Of a DNA stretch of 64,000 nucleotides, positions 38,909-51,734 are shown in pieces. The notes beneath the pieces were generated by a model, which worked only from the letters and a program-made list of their open reading frames with translations, was not told where the DNA came from and did not search any database. Source of the DNA: Chiloscyllium plagiosum (Eukaryota); assembly GCF_004010195.1 (NCBI RefSeq), contig NC_057719.1, positions 16,853,177 through 16,917,176 on the forward strand, in the 5' to 3' direction. Position numbers and translations under genes: made by a program. How positions within the stretch are numbered: position 1 is the stretch's first letter; each line of letters begins with the position of its first letter.

Positions 38909-39408
38909 NNNNNNNNNNNNNNNNNNNNNNNNNNNNNNNNNNNNNNNNNNNNNNNNNNNNNNNNNNNNNNNNNNNNNNNNNNNNNNNNNNNNNNNNNNNN
39001 NNNNNNNNNNNNNNNNNNNNNNNNNNNNNNNNNNNNNNNNNNNNNNNNNNNNNNNNNNNNNNNNNNNNNNNNNNNNNNNNNNNNNNNNNNNNNNNNNNNN
39101 NNNNNNNNNNNNNNNNNNNNNNNNNNNNNNNNNNNNNNNNNNNNNNNNNNNNNNNNNNNNNNNNNNNNNNNNNNNNNNNNNNNNNNNNNNNNNNNNNNNN
39201 NNNNNNNNNNNNNNNNNNNNNNNNNNNNNNNNNNNNNNNNNNNNNNNNNNNNNNNNNNNNNNNNNNNNNNNNNNNNNNNNNNNNNNNNNNNNNNNNNNNN
39301 NNNNNNNNNNNNNNNNNNNNNNNNNNNNNNNNNNNNNNNNNNNNNNNNNNNNNNNNNNNNNNNNNNNNNNNNNNNNNNNNNNNNNNNNNNNNNNNNNNNN
39401 NNNNNNNN
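38909..39408. other. Assembly gap (500 N)
   Basis: Run of exactly 500 N; the round number suggests a placeholder of unknown true size. Confidence 0.99.
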
Positions 39409-40110
39409 GAGAAAGTGGTGGAGACTGGTACAATTGCAACATTCAAGAGGCATTTGGATGGGTATATGAATAGGAAGGGTTTGGAGGGATATGGGCTGGG
39501 TGCTGGCAGGTGGGACTAGATTGGGTTGGGATATCTGATCGGCATGTACGAGTTGGACCAAAGGTTCTGTTTCACTGCTGTACATCTCTATGACTATGCA
39601 GATTATATCAAGATGGACAGCAAGACGTTTAAATATGCTGAATGAAAAGATATACACACTTTGGAGGCAGTCCAGAGAAGATTCACTAAGTTGATCCTGC
39701 ATATGGAAGGAATGTATTGCGAGGAGAGGTTGAGTTGGTTAGGTCTGTACTCAGTGGAGTTTAGAAGAATGAGAGGTGACCTTATTGGAACAATCAAGAT
39801 TCTTAGGGTGCTTGACAGAGATTATTCCTCCTTGTGGGAGAGTCTTGGGTCACTGAGCATAATCTCAGAGTAAGGGGATGCTCTTAGGACAAATGACAAT
39901 GAATCTGTGGAATTCTTTACTGCTGAGGGCTGTAGAGGCTGCGGTGTTAAGTATATTCAGGCCTGAGAGAGACAGAGTTTTAATCTGTGCAAGAAACGAG
40001 GATAATGAAAAAAGGCAATAAAGTAAAGTTGAGGATCAGTTATGACCTCATTGAATGGCAGATCAGATTCAATGACTGAATGGCCTCCTTCCGTTCCTTC
40101 ACCTATGGTC
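39409..40110 (+). mobile_element. Two CR1 3' fragments
   Basis: CR1 tail, and LEAVQRRFTKLI...RRMRGDLI peptide. Confidence 0.8.
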
Positions 40111-41038
40111 TTGTTTTTTTTAAAAGAAAGCCCATTTGCCTTTGTTATAGTACATGCTAGAAGAATATCGAGACAAATTGCATGGTTGGTTGGGCCAAGT
40201 CGTCCAATTCCATCACCCTCCATTTGAGCACTTGTTTTAGCCAATAGTCTGACTTCATCCCCTTTCGATCCCTTTCCTTTTAACTTTAGTCAATCTAACT
40301 GTATTCTTGATTGGATATCAACCTCGAATCCAACCAGCTGATTAAAAAAACGTGAATTGATTAACTATTTTAGGCAAGCCCTTTTAGCATCATGAATTTT
40401 TCTTTTTCTGGAACTGTTTGGCAGTTACCATACATAGAACGTGATTTCCATGCCACTATATATAATAACACACATTCTTGCACTAACATTTCAAAAGTGC
40501 AATTCGATATTTCTTAACCCTTTAATTGAGTTCCTACCAAATAACTGACCGAGTTTTTGCTTTTCATGGATTGCTTTTTCACTCTTAGTTTTCACTGAAT
40601 TCTGTTAGTTCTGTAATCTTGCATTTGTTTTTGTGTTCTGTTTCTGCTTTGATTTGTTTCTCTTAATAAAATAAGCATCACTCAAAAATACAGCACCTTG
40701 ATTTCTCAGCTGGGTAAATTAATATTCATTAGGCTTTTTTTTGTAATCTGCTTTTAATTTCCTTTTAATAAACAACATACTGGATCAACACTTTAAAGCT
40801 GTCTTTATTAGAACAGAGGATTCCGGTAGTTTTTCCCCAGATGCAGTTCTTTATCTAGGTCATATCCTTTTTAGCATCAGCCAAAAACGTAACAAGGCAG
40901 TCCCTTAGATTCAGTGACTTTGAATAATGGTTGTGTGTATTTTTTATTTATGTGAATTCCATATATGAAGTGTTTCAAAAGCAGCTCCTCTTAAATGCAT
41001 ATCTAATCCAGGGCTGTTTTCCACTTGCCATAATTTGG

Positions 41039-41352
41039 GGTGACACAGTGGTTTGTAGTGCCAGGGACTTGGGTTCAATCCCAGCCTTCGGTGACTCTGC
41101 AAACTCTACAGACATTCTCCCATTGTCTGCATGGGCTTGGTCCAGGTGCTCTGGTTCCCCCCACTGTGTAGATTAGGTGGATCGGTTAATCCCTGTAAAG
41201 TCCAGGGATGTGCAGGCTAAGTGGATTATTCATGGTAAATGTGGGATTACAGGAAAAGGTTTTAGGGTCTGGGTTTGGGTGGGATGCTCTTTAGACATCG
41301 GTGCAGACTGAATGGACCAAATGTAGGGATTTCCGCACTGTAGGGATTCTAT
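41039..41352 (+). mobile_element. HE1-like V-SINE, diverged
   Basis: tRNA-like head (gggttcaatccc B box) and gtgcagg.taagtggatt...tgtagggattcta tail. Confidence 0.7.
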
Positions 41353-42479
41353 AATTGATTTCAAATTGGGCAGAACTAGATTGAATCATTCACATTTTTA
41401 CATCCACAACAAAATTGGGACTTCTGCTCCAAACTATAATTTAATTAGTTCATTCCTTTCAGAGCATGTCACAAATCCAGTTTTCAGATTGTGCCCTCCT
41501 TTTCTCACATTCAATCAGTTCTGACTACATTTTGTGATGTAATTTTTGTTTTTGCTGCTTTCTGGAAAATGATGTATCCAAGCCATGTTACACGTATCTG
41601 CTACGCATTCTTATAAAGTCAAAAGCTTACATGGGCATGTTGGTTCATGAAACATGTCACTTCTATCATGACCTATTTGGTACACTTTGGACAAAGAAAC
41701 TGAATAGGTTTAGAGCCATGTGTTGTCATGTTTGAATGATGTGATCTGACCTTTTTGGGTTTTCACTGCATTTATAAAATGGTCCAATGCTGTCAGCCTG
41801 TGTGTTTTTCATAAATGAAAAGTGCAAATGCACCCTTCCATTCCAAGTTTTTATCCAGGCTGTTATTTCTATGAAAGGCTATTACCATGAGTTAGAACTA
41901 AATATTGTAAGTCATTGGTACAAACATTGTATAACCTCTAGACAAGTTATGCCTTATTTCACAATCTTTCAATTTTTGAGAATTTCTAGCAATACTCACT
42001 CTTCTTCCTGTTACTTTCAAGTGAAGTAGAGTTTAGTTCTGTAGGATATATTTTTAATGTACTCTCCTCTTTTATTGCCTGTGTTAAAAGCAGTGTTCTG
42101 GTTCTTATGAAAACTTGGGCTTTAGACCAATTCATCGAATTTACCACTGCCTGAAGCAATATGTGCTGAAAATGTATTTTCGGTCAATAAATTTCAGTAA
42201 GTAGACCAGCATCTGAGCAGTGATAAATGACATTTTCAAATGTAGGTTTTGTTGGAGAGAATGACAGGCATGTTGTCATGCTGCAGTTTGAAGATGCAAA
42301 GGATGATGTAATGCACACTGGCATCATGTTGTCCCTTTTCAGGTATTTATATTTTTGTTTTTTAAAATGTGTTCTTGAACAGTAGGTGGGAAAACATTTA
42401 AAAACTGAATATGCTATAGTGACAATGTAGAAGATCATTTTGTCAGATTTTGATTTTTCACGAAAACTGTCTGTCTCTC

Positions 42480-42690
42480 AGGGGAGCGCTGTTTCTGAAA
42501 GGATGGTGGAAGCATAGTGCTTGAATATTTTTAAGGCAGTGGTAGATATATTCCTGTTGAACAAGGGGTTGAAAGGCTATCAGGGATAAGTAAAAATGAA
42601 GATTTGAGGTTGCAATCAGACCAGTCAGGATCTTATTAAATGGCAGAGCAAACTCAAGGAACTGAATAGCCTTCTCTCGCTCCTACTTCA
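42480..42690 (+). mobile_element. CR1 3' tail fragment
   Basis: Similar to the tail type at 39930-40110 and 27800-27970. Confidence 0.6.
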
Positions 42691-42985
42691 CATTTTTGCA
42701 ATTGGTGGAATTTTAATGATTTCAGAAAGACTGTGAAACTTTGGACAATTCTGACTTTAAGCAGCTACAGCACAAATACAGACTTTGGCTGACCAAAGTT
42801 AGATTGATCATTTTTGATGAATGTAACACTTCAATGAGGTTCTGATGTTGGCAATAATTTGAAGTACCACACAAGAAAAATATCAACCAAACCATTATGG
42901 ATATCAATTTAATTGCTATTCTTTCCACAACCTCAACACTCTTTGCCATTAACTTAGACTTGATGTTTGCACTAATCAGTTTATA

Positions 42986-43709
42986 TTAATATTTATCCAT
43001 GTATCCTTCAAAATCTATAATAAAACTTTCTGATTATTATTATGATCCTGCTTTTAGGAGCTTGTTGTACATTATAGCACTGACTACACTTCAAAAGTAC
43101 TTTATTGACTGTAGAGTACTTGGGGTGTCTGGGGGTGAGGAAAGAATCCACATAAATGCACATCCTTTCAATTTTCTTTGGAAAAATATCAAAGATATGA
43201 ATCATACCTCCATGTATTTAGTGATATCTCATAAAATGCTGTCCATTACATACTTTAGATTACTGGAGATGTATTCAGTTGAGTGATTATTTGTTGATGC
43301 TGAACAGAAATGCTATGAAAAATTGAGGGAGGCAAACATAAGAGTCAAAAAAGTTTTATAAATGCATGAACTTCTCCATTTGTGTTATTACAATGTTATG
43401 CCAAAATAACTGACATGTGGTCACTTATAGGTATTCATGGTCCTCTTTCTGATAGTGGTTCTCCTTTGTTGGTGGAATCGCATGGAGGTATGATTCATAT
43501 CTTTGACATTTTACCAAAGAAAATTGAAAGGATGTGCATTTATGTGGCATCTTTCCTCACCCCCAGACACCCCAAGTACTCCACAGTCAATAAAGTACTT
43601 TTGAAGCGTAGAAATTGCTGTAATGTACAACAAGCTCTTAAAAATAGCATCATAATAATAATCAGAAAGTTTTATTACAGATTTTGAAGGATAGATGGAT
43701 AAATATTAA
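42986..43709. repeat. 229-bp inverted duplication (42986-43214 and 43481-43709) of a DeuSINE remnant plus unique flank
   Basis: Reverse-complement alignment, roughly 90% identical by eye; the two peptides in ORFs 43008..43205(-) and 43382..43687(+) also match. Confidence 0.9.
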
Positions 43710-44129
43710 CCCAAACACTAGGATCTTCCCTGCTGGGCTCAACTCCCTGAAATGGGATTTGAATACATTCTGGCTGTGGAAGCAAGTGCTACCAGTTGAG
43801 GTATGGCTGATTTTGATGCTGTTGAAATATTTGGTGTATGTTTTCTGTCTACACCTTGACTCAAGTTGTAGCACTCTGGTCCCTCTGAGGTTCATGCATG
43901 CAATCCCTTGAAGCAATTTTAATATTGTGGCCAAAGCCGATGATCCACTGTAGTGTTGTTCAATACATTGTCGTTCAGATAAGAATATCATTCCCATAAT
44001 CCAATATTTGCTCTTAAGAGACAACCTGGTATTAGTGGGTATTGGCCAAACATGAGTAGTTAGCTCTCCCTATGCCTGTATCAACAGATAGATTGTATGT
44101 CATCATGGACCCAAGATAGCAGAACTTGC

Positions 44130-44825
44130 CAACTATTTCCTGCAAAATGTTATTTCAAGTTATCAAGTGTTGAGTGGGATCCCAAGTTCCAGAAAAATTG
44201 TTTTCTTAATTTTTGGCAGAACTAGATGCAAACATGAGAGAGACAATCCATGTTGTAGCTATCAAGAAAAGAAGCTTAATACTGTTCATCTTTGCCGTTC
44301 TGTCATCTCATGGAAAGACAAAATCACATCTTGAAGACAAATCTCACAATTACGTTGGCACTCATCAGGCAGAGGTGATTTTATTGACTTGAGCACATTC
44401 GCAACCTGGAAGACTGTGACATATCCACACAGTTTTTCTGTTTGGCATGGCAATTGGGGTCAGAAGATTCACAGGGTACCCCATGCTCCACGTCAAGAAA
44501 TCTTGCAAGTGTGACATGATGACCCTCACCATCAAATTCCTCACCTGACAGCTGAATGAAATGGCAGCATCACCTTTGGACTGTGGGGCATCGACATGAT
44601 GATCACTGGATGCAATGACTCAGTAATAGACACCAACACAATAAAACCAATGACAATGACACCTGATCACCACTTCATACACCACACCTGGGGCAGAATC
44701 TACTTCTTACAGATCGGCCTCTTGTATCCATCAGCAAAAGTGCATCATGTGAAGCTGCCCCATTGTCAATGAATTTGTTTAGCTGTATTGTCAATCATCA
44801 TCTGTAGATGGAAAGATGCTGATAG
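44130..44825 (+). mobile_element. Degenerate RTE-clade LINE 3' fragment
   Basis: GRI...IGL..HQQKC-like C-terminus and an atcatcatctgtagatggaaagatgc tail, resembling RTE 3' ends. Confidence 0.45.
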
Positions 44826-45719
44826 CACTGTTCTTCAGATATAATGTAGAACCAGGACCTTGTTCAACCACCAACTCCAAAGATTCCATGAGAAATTGAA
44901 GCTGGTCTTCTTGTGGCCTCACCACCATTTTTCTTTGACTAATTAACACCAAAAAATAAACCGTTTAACAGGTTCTTCATCTCATTGCTCTTGTCGTACT
45001 TGCTGCTACAGAATAACATTTTGATTGCATTTGCCACTGTAATAATAGTCAACTGCACTTCATAAGTAATTCATCGTGTGAAATGCTTTGCAACATTTCA
45101 ACCTGACACTTTTACATATTCATTTATAGTGATAAAAGTAAATGTGAAGATAGTAGTGTTTTGATCTCTTGCGGAAAATGGCAAATAGCAAATTCACTCC
45201 TTGATATTAGCTGCCATTTTAGAAGAAGTGGAAAATTTGTTTTTTTCTCTGAAATTTTGTGCTTCTAGAAGGGTTAATATAATTAAACTCATTAATTTTT
45301 TCTTAATGATTTTTCCACTTGACTGGAATTGTTAATCTGTACAACACAGCAGTTGTCTGTCTGCTGTGTACATAACTTGTGTCTGGAGATACAAGACAAT
45401 TTGGTGAAGTCTCAATTGCTTCCCCACTTGACTTGACACAATTAGCTGAGTGCATGATATGTTGATTGCTGATAGTCTCAACTGCAGTACTGCTAAACTG
45501 TCATATTCAGTGGGCAATTTGAAATATTCTTAAATATTTGCTTGACCTTGTAATTTTTAATTTTTAGTAAGGAGGGGGAGAACAGTAAGAAAAATTACGG
45601 GATCGTTTCAATTCCGCTTATTTGTTTCTTTTACCAAGGACATCAAACCTGTATATAATAGGGAGCATGTTTGTTTTTCGGATCAAAATATTGCTTTATG
45701 CCTGGGTCATGTTGTTACG

Positions 45720-45930
45720 TACAAGCAAAATAGCACAGATGCTGGAAGTCTGAAACAAACATAGAAAATGCTGGAGCAACTCAGTACATCTAGCAGCACC
45801 TGTAGAAAAAGAAACAGAGTTAACTCTTCTGAAGAAGAGAAATACTCGACTTCACACTGTTAACTCTGTTTTCTTTCCACAGATGCTGCCAAACCTGGTG
45901 GGTTTCTCCAGCATTTTGTGTTTGTTTCAT
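45720..45930. mobile_element. Fold-back PLE-derived element (family B)
   Basis: Inverted arms tgaaacaaacatagaaaatgctggag.../...ctccagcattttgtgtttgtttca, centred on a ctgaagaa remnant. Confidence 0.7.
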
Positions 45931-46084
45931 TGTAATTAATTATTAATCTTATTCCACTCTACTACAAACTGGGATAAGAGATTTTAGATAATTGTAATGG
46001 CAATCTATCCATCTCTGAACATTCTTGGCATTTGCCAGTTTAAAATTGCTCCACCAGATTTGAATGAAACTTCATAAATCTTCC

Positions 46085-47305
46085 AAACAGAAACACACAT
46101 TGCTGGAAAACACAGCAGGTCTGACAGCATCTGTAGAGAGAAAGCAGAGTTAACATTTCGGGTCCAGTGACCCTTCTTCGGAACTAATTGTAGCTTGGAA
46201 AATGTTGGTATATGTGCTGGAAATGGGGTGGAGGGAGTGGGAGGAGTGTACAAGAGGTGGAGGTGGAGCCGAGAGAGAGCATCAGTGGGAGAGACAAAGG
46301 AATGCATAATTATCAATCTGGAGAATCAATGCAATGGTTTGCTTGTGGTAGCAGACCATGGGATGGTAAGGTCTGATGCGTGAGATTGGGTTAAAGACAT
46401 GGGAGAAGCTGCTCAGGCCCTTAAGTTATTGAACTCAATATTAAGTTCTGAAGGCTGCAGGGTCCCCAAGCAGAAAATGAGATGCTGTTCTTCCAGATTG
46501 TGCTGAATTTTGCTGGTGCACTGCAACAAGCCTGAGACCAAGATGTTGACCAAGGAACACAGTGGTGTGTTGAAGTAGCAAGCAATAGGAAGATCAGGAT
46601 TATTTTTGCTGACAAAGCATAGAGTTTCTGCAAAGTGATCATCCATTCTGTTGTTTGTCTCCCCAGTATTGAGCAAACCACATTGTGCGCGGTGAATACA
46701 ATAAACTAGATTGAGTGAAGTGGAGGTAAATTATTGCTTTACCCAGAAGGTTTGCTTGGGACCTTGAATAATGAGGAAGGAGGAAGTAAAATGGCAGGTG
46801 TTACACCTTCTGTGATTGCATGGGAAGGTACCATGAGGGAGTAAGAAGGTTTTGGGAGTGGAGGGGTGGACCAAGGTGTCCCGGAGGAAACAGTCTCTGC
46901 GGAAAGCTGACAAGGGAGAGGAAGGGAATGTGCGTTAGGTGGTGGCATCCTGCTGAAAGTGTCAGAAATGGCAGCTAATGGTTCTTTGGATTTGGAAATG
47001 GAGTGTTAAGTTTGGACCAGGGGGACTCTATCGCTGTTGTTGGAGGGAAGAGTGGGGTGAGGTCTGAAGTATGGGAGATGGGTTGGAAACAGCAGAGTGC
47101 CTTGTCAACTGCAGTGCTGGGGAATTCTCGGTTGAGGAAGAATGTAGATACTTCGGAGGCCCCGTTATAGAAGCTGGTATCATCAGAATAGATGTAATGG
47201 AGGCGGAGGAGTTGGGAGAATGGAATAGAATCTTTACAACAAGCAGGGGTGAGGATATATATAGTCAAGGTAACGGTGAGAGTTGATGGGTTTGCAATGG
47301 GTAAA
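46085..47305 (-). mobile_element. Degenerate Penelope-like element (probably Neptune-type): RT C-terminus, Cys linker, GIY-YIG endonuclease, 3' repeat with hammerhead
   Basis: KDSIPFSQLLRL..IYSD, FLNREFP, TFPCNHRRCNTC, GET..RM.DHFAE and LEEQHLIFCLGTLQPSELNIEF. Confidence 0.85.
46148..46185 (-). ncRNA. Hammerhead motif, family B, with core substitutions
   Basis: Reverse complement reads AGTT-CCGAAGA-A-GGGTC-ACTG-GACCC-GAAAT-GTT-AACT. Confidence 0.55.
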
Positions 47306-48005
47306 TGTTCTGTTACAGGAAGCCCAATTTGAAATAGGATTCCTCACCACATATGACATTTGACTTTAGTTTTGTTCAGGTTATTAATTAGTAGGAGAAG
47401 CCTGTTCACATCAAAACATGAAAATTTACTTGAGGCGTCACTAATATATGTAGGGAAAGCCAAATGACGTGGTCTGGAACACAAACCAGAGAATTTAATG
47501 CACACACAGCAAGGATTTAATGTTTCTTTTTAAAGTAGATGGTGAAACTATTTCACAGTGAACCAGTTTCCGTAGTCTCCTGCCCAACAATCTTGTTTTC
47601 TTAGTTTTTACTCCTGCTGCTTTTGCATTGAATTTTGTTGCTATGTCTATAAGTATTTAAAATATCCTTTTACAAATGTTATTAGCCAAATAGCTGTACT
47701 TAGTGATGATGCACATCAAATGTCTAAAGGGGTTGAGATTTTCCATTGGGACAATGATGTTGAAGAATTTTTAGAATAAATTAACAGCCAAAGCAAATTA
47801 TTAACTGATTAGGTAGATAAATCTAGCTTTGAAAAACGATTAAATGAACGTAACCCAGCAGTTGTTTCTACCTGTGGAAAACTTGTAAGTCTCTGCCTAC
47901 AGGAAATGCCTGGAGCTATTGCCTTTCCACTGAAGAATATCAGGTGCAATATCTAAAACTTTCAAAAATATCTTTCTTAGTCATATTTTCTCTGGTACGT
48001 CACTG

Positions 48006-48120
48006 GAAAAGCACAGCAGGCCAGGCAGCATCCGAGGGCTTATGCCCGAAATGTCGATTTTCCAGCACCACACTCTCGATTCTGATCTCCAGCATCATCC
48101 AGTGCAGTCCTCACTTTCTC
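48006..48120. mobile_element. Short fold-back PLE-derived insertion (family A) with a partial hammerhead
   Basis: 16-bp TSD with one mismatch, ctctggta(c/g)gtcactg (47990-48005 and 48121-48136). Contains gggcttatgcccgaaatgtc. Confidence 0.75.
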
Positions 48121-49439
48121 CTCTGGTAGGTCACTGCTTGTTTCATTTAGAACAGGAGAAGAGAGAGAAAATGTTCTGAAAGTAAAAGCAAGTGTATTGT
48201 TTGTATGGAGGATTATTTGCTTTGATTTTAACATTGTGGCTTTAAGTTTGTGATGACATATACATAAGAATGCCCAGGTGCTCCCAGTATTGCAGTAAAA
48301 TTTTATACTGCTTCCTATGAATTATATTTTCCCCTGTTAAAATTAATTCACTTTGATGCACAGACAAATATTAAATTACATTTCGGATGTATTAGACAAA
48401 GACCCTGTTATTATTTGGAAAGACTGCTTCACAAGGCTATTTATTTTAATTGACTCTGTCAGGAAAACTTTTAACCTCTTTACTTATTACATATTTACAA
48501 ATTCATTCTGGTTGGCTCTAGGCCCAAAAAGATCAACAAATTCATTTTTCTTTAATTGAGGAGTAATAAAAGGAATGCATATTTTCTTGAAGATTAAGAC
48601 AAGTCATGACTTGTACAGATGTCTGAAATGATCAGAAATAGTATTCAAGAAAATGTCATTTGTCCGTTGGTTTGATTGGTGAAGCTAATTAACTGAAAAT
48701 ATCAGAACTATAATTTATTAAAAGGCGTGTTAGGTTTGTTTTATTAAGTAACAACTTATAAATATTAAGCATTTGTTGTACTGTCGTGTGAACATTGTCT
48801 TCATAGATATGTATCTGTATTGGGAGTTAGAAACAACATTTATTTATGTCAGTTTATTTAGGCATATAATAATGTTTTACAAATTTTGGAGGAGCAAGTA
48901 ACTCTAGAGTTTAATACATAATAATTAGCTAAGATTGATGAGGAGTCTTCTGCTTTTATACAAGAAAAGAATAGTTTATCGCAACACCAATAAGGCCTCG
49001 GGTTGTGGCAACCAGTTTGACCTCAGACTGAAGGTAATCTCAGAATTACTGAGGGCCAGGTATTGGTTGTGTTCTAATCATGCAGTGAGTGAGAAGTGCA
49101 AAATAATGATTTGGCCATGCAAGTTTCTCCCCTCTGTCTCTCTAAGGAAGTGTCCATACTGTGCTTGCCGGTGGAAGTGTTAAGAATTTTCATTTGCCAT
49201 CTGGGAAATTTTGACTCCAATTCATGCTGTATTATTTGGGAATTGCACATCAATAGTTGGAGAGCAAGATTAGGGTTGATGCCTCAGAGGGTACACACAT
49301 GGCCAAGTAACTACCTACTATGCTGCAGATTGCTATGATTCAAGTACGCTGACTTTGTTTGGGTTTCTCAAATATTAATCTATTCTCCTTGTCATTTTTA
49401 AATTAGTTTTATCTTCATTTTATCCTCTCTGTTTCAGTC

Positions 49440-49945
49440 AGTTTCCTCTGACTCTTTTCTAATTCTGTTCATCGGTCATTTTTTTCTCCTTTTTTTAACT
49501 TTTTTTCACTTTTTTTTCTTGCTCTCTCTCCCCTTCTCTTTCTCTCTTACGCTTCTGTTCCACCACCCTCTCCTTCTCTCTTTATTAATGGTCTCACCCC
49601 ACTTTATTTCTCTCGTGTTCTCGCTCATTCTCTCTTGCTCGTTTTCTCTCTCTCGCTCATTTTATCTCTCATTCATTGTCTCTTGCTCGTTCTCTCTCAT
49701 GCTCGTCTTCTCTCTTTTGCTCATTCCTTTCTCTCGCTCATTCTCTCTTGTTCGTTCTCCCGCTTGCTCTCACTGTTTTTTGCCCTTGCTCTCCCTCTTT
49801 CTTGCTCTCTCTCTCTCTGTTTCATTCTCTCTCTCACTCTCTCTCACTCTCTCTAAATCTCTCTCTCTCTGTTTCATTCTCTCTTTCACTCACTCACTCA
49901 CACTCACACTCACACTCTCCACCCTCACCTTCTCCTCTCTCTAGA
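49440..49945 (+). repeat. CT-rich low-complexity / degenerate (CT)n microsatellite
   Basis: About 500 bp dominated by C/T, with (ct)n, ctca and ctcg units. Confidence 0.9.
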
Positions 49946-51734
49946 GTCCTGCATCAACTCTTTAATGAAAGCTTTCAGCATTAAGTCACAGCCCAGATCA
50001 AGGACTGGGAAAAAGAGTCCCGCTACGGGGAGCAGTTGGCCACTCCTGTACCAACAACAACTCTATTGAATAGTCATGTCACCAGTGAGGCAGTAGGTGC
50101 TGCTTGTGAAACAGTCACTTGAGTCCAAGGTCCTTAACCAGAGCTGGCATGGGTCATCCTTATCTTTCGATGAAGGCATCATAAGTGACACTATGCTAGA
50201 TACTATTCTCGACTGAAACTTAATTAAGTTATACACTGCATTTTAGACTTGTCTATGGGTATGCTGCAGCTCATCTGAGTATGTGCCTCATGAGAAGTGC
50301 CTTTTAATTGCTATTCTTGGTTTGTTTTGAACACCCCCAAAGTAGACTCCTGTATTAATACTCATTGGGGTGTTAGCAAGTGCTGATATGAATGTTCAAA
50401 AACAATCAGACACCGTTATTTTGTTGAGGACTGAATAGCACACTGAATTATAATAAAGGAATAATCAAGAAGGAGAAACCCATTCTCTTGCTAAGGGCAT
50501 GGAATCCTGTGCTTCACCTCACTTAGGGTCTTGCCTTGGGTGTAAAGTTATGATGTGCAAAGATAAATAATCAGTAATTTTGTTTTTAAACTGTATACGT
50601 GGTGTACAAGGCAAGCTATTTTACTGAATGTATTTTATTTTATGAAATAGTTGTACCATTTCACCCTCTGGAAGTTTGGAACAACTTGGTTTCTTTCTAA
50701 TACCATTGCAGGAATACACCACGGAGTGCATAAAAACTGTTGTAGTTATATTGATGTTTATCGTTGACATTCTTTTATCAGATGGTTTATTGCAACTAGT
50801 TTCTTGATTTATACAAGGAAAAATAGACAGCATAGAAACTAAAAGATTGGGTATGATTGTATAAGGAGATACACCAGCAATTGAGAAGACCTCTTGAGTG
50901 TCAACTTGAAAGTGGCACAGGTGAAACCAGCATTCATCCCTCTACATCCCCAACTGCCAACAAACCAGAGTGAAGCATCTGTCAATCAGCAAAACCGAAA
51001 ATGGAGTAACCACCACCCAAGTAATCAATTTACACCAAAACATTCTTGACAATGAAATCCTTATTGTGCGCTATTTTCCCCGTTTTGCTTATTGTCCATT
51101 TTTCATTGCCTTGAGAAGGTAGTGCTAAACTGCCTTCTTGAAATGCTGCAGTGCAAAGATCTGCAGGTTAGGTGGATTGGCCAGGATAAATGTGGAATTA
51201 AGAGGATATGGTAGGGGCTAGGTCCGGCTAAGATGTTCTTTGGATGGTCGGTGCAGTGTTGATGGGCCAAATGGCCTCTTTCTGCATTGTAAACCTACAA
51301 TGCTGATGAGAAGGGAGTAACTAGTGACAGTGAAGGAACGATAATATAGTTACAAGTCAGGATGGTGTGTGACTTGGATGGAAACTTGCAGGTGATGATT
51401 TGCTCATGCATTTGCTACCCTTGTTCTAAGAGTTAGAGGCACCTTTTGGAAGGTGCTGTTGAAGGCAAGTTCGCATGTCCCTGCAGTGCCTTTTATAAAT
51501 GATACACAATGCTACTTCTATGCACAGGTGGTGAATGGAGTACTATTCAAGAGGATTACATTGTCCTGAACGGTGTTAAGCTTTTTGAGTGTTGTTCGAG
51601 TTGCACCCATCTAGGCAGGATTATCGTTACATTCCTTATGTCCTTTGGTGGTTGACTGCCTTTGAGGTGAGTTGCTCAATCTCTGATCTGCTTTTGCAGC
51701 CAAGTATTTCTATTGCTAGGCCAGTTCAATTTCT

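Noticed and set aside
38751..39702. Long ORFs of 190-290 aa
   Set aside because: Artefacts of the N gap.
47903..47943. AG...GT-bounded segment encoding EMPGAIAFPLKNI, a possible next SETD3 exon
   Set aside because: Only PLK matches; the length and remaining residues disagree with the expected exon.
49519..49984. Ser/Leu/Phe-rich 'membrane protein' ORFs
   Set aside because: Translation of a CT microsatellite.
50940..50975. gccaacaaac resembling the ANK codons of the next SETD3 exon
   Set aside because: An in-frame stop follows and there are no splice sites.
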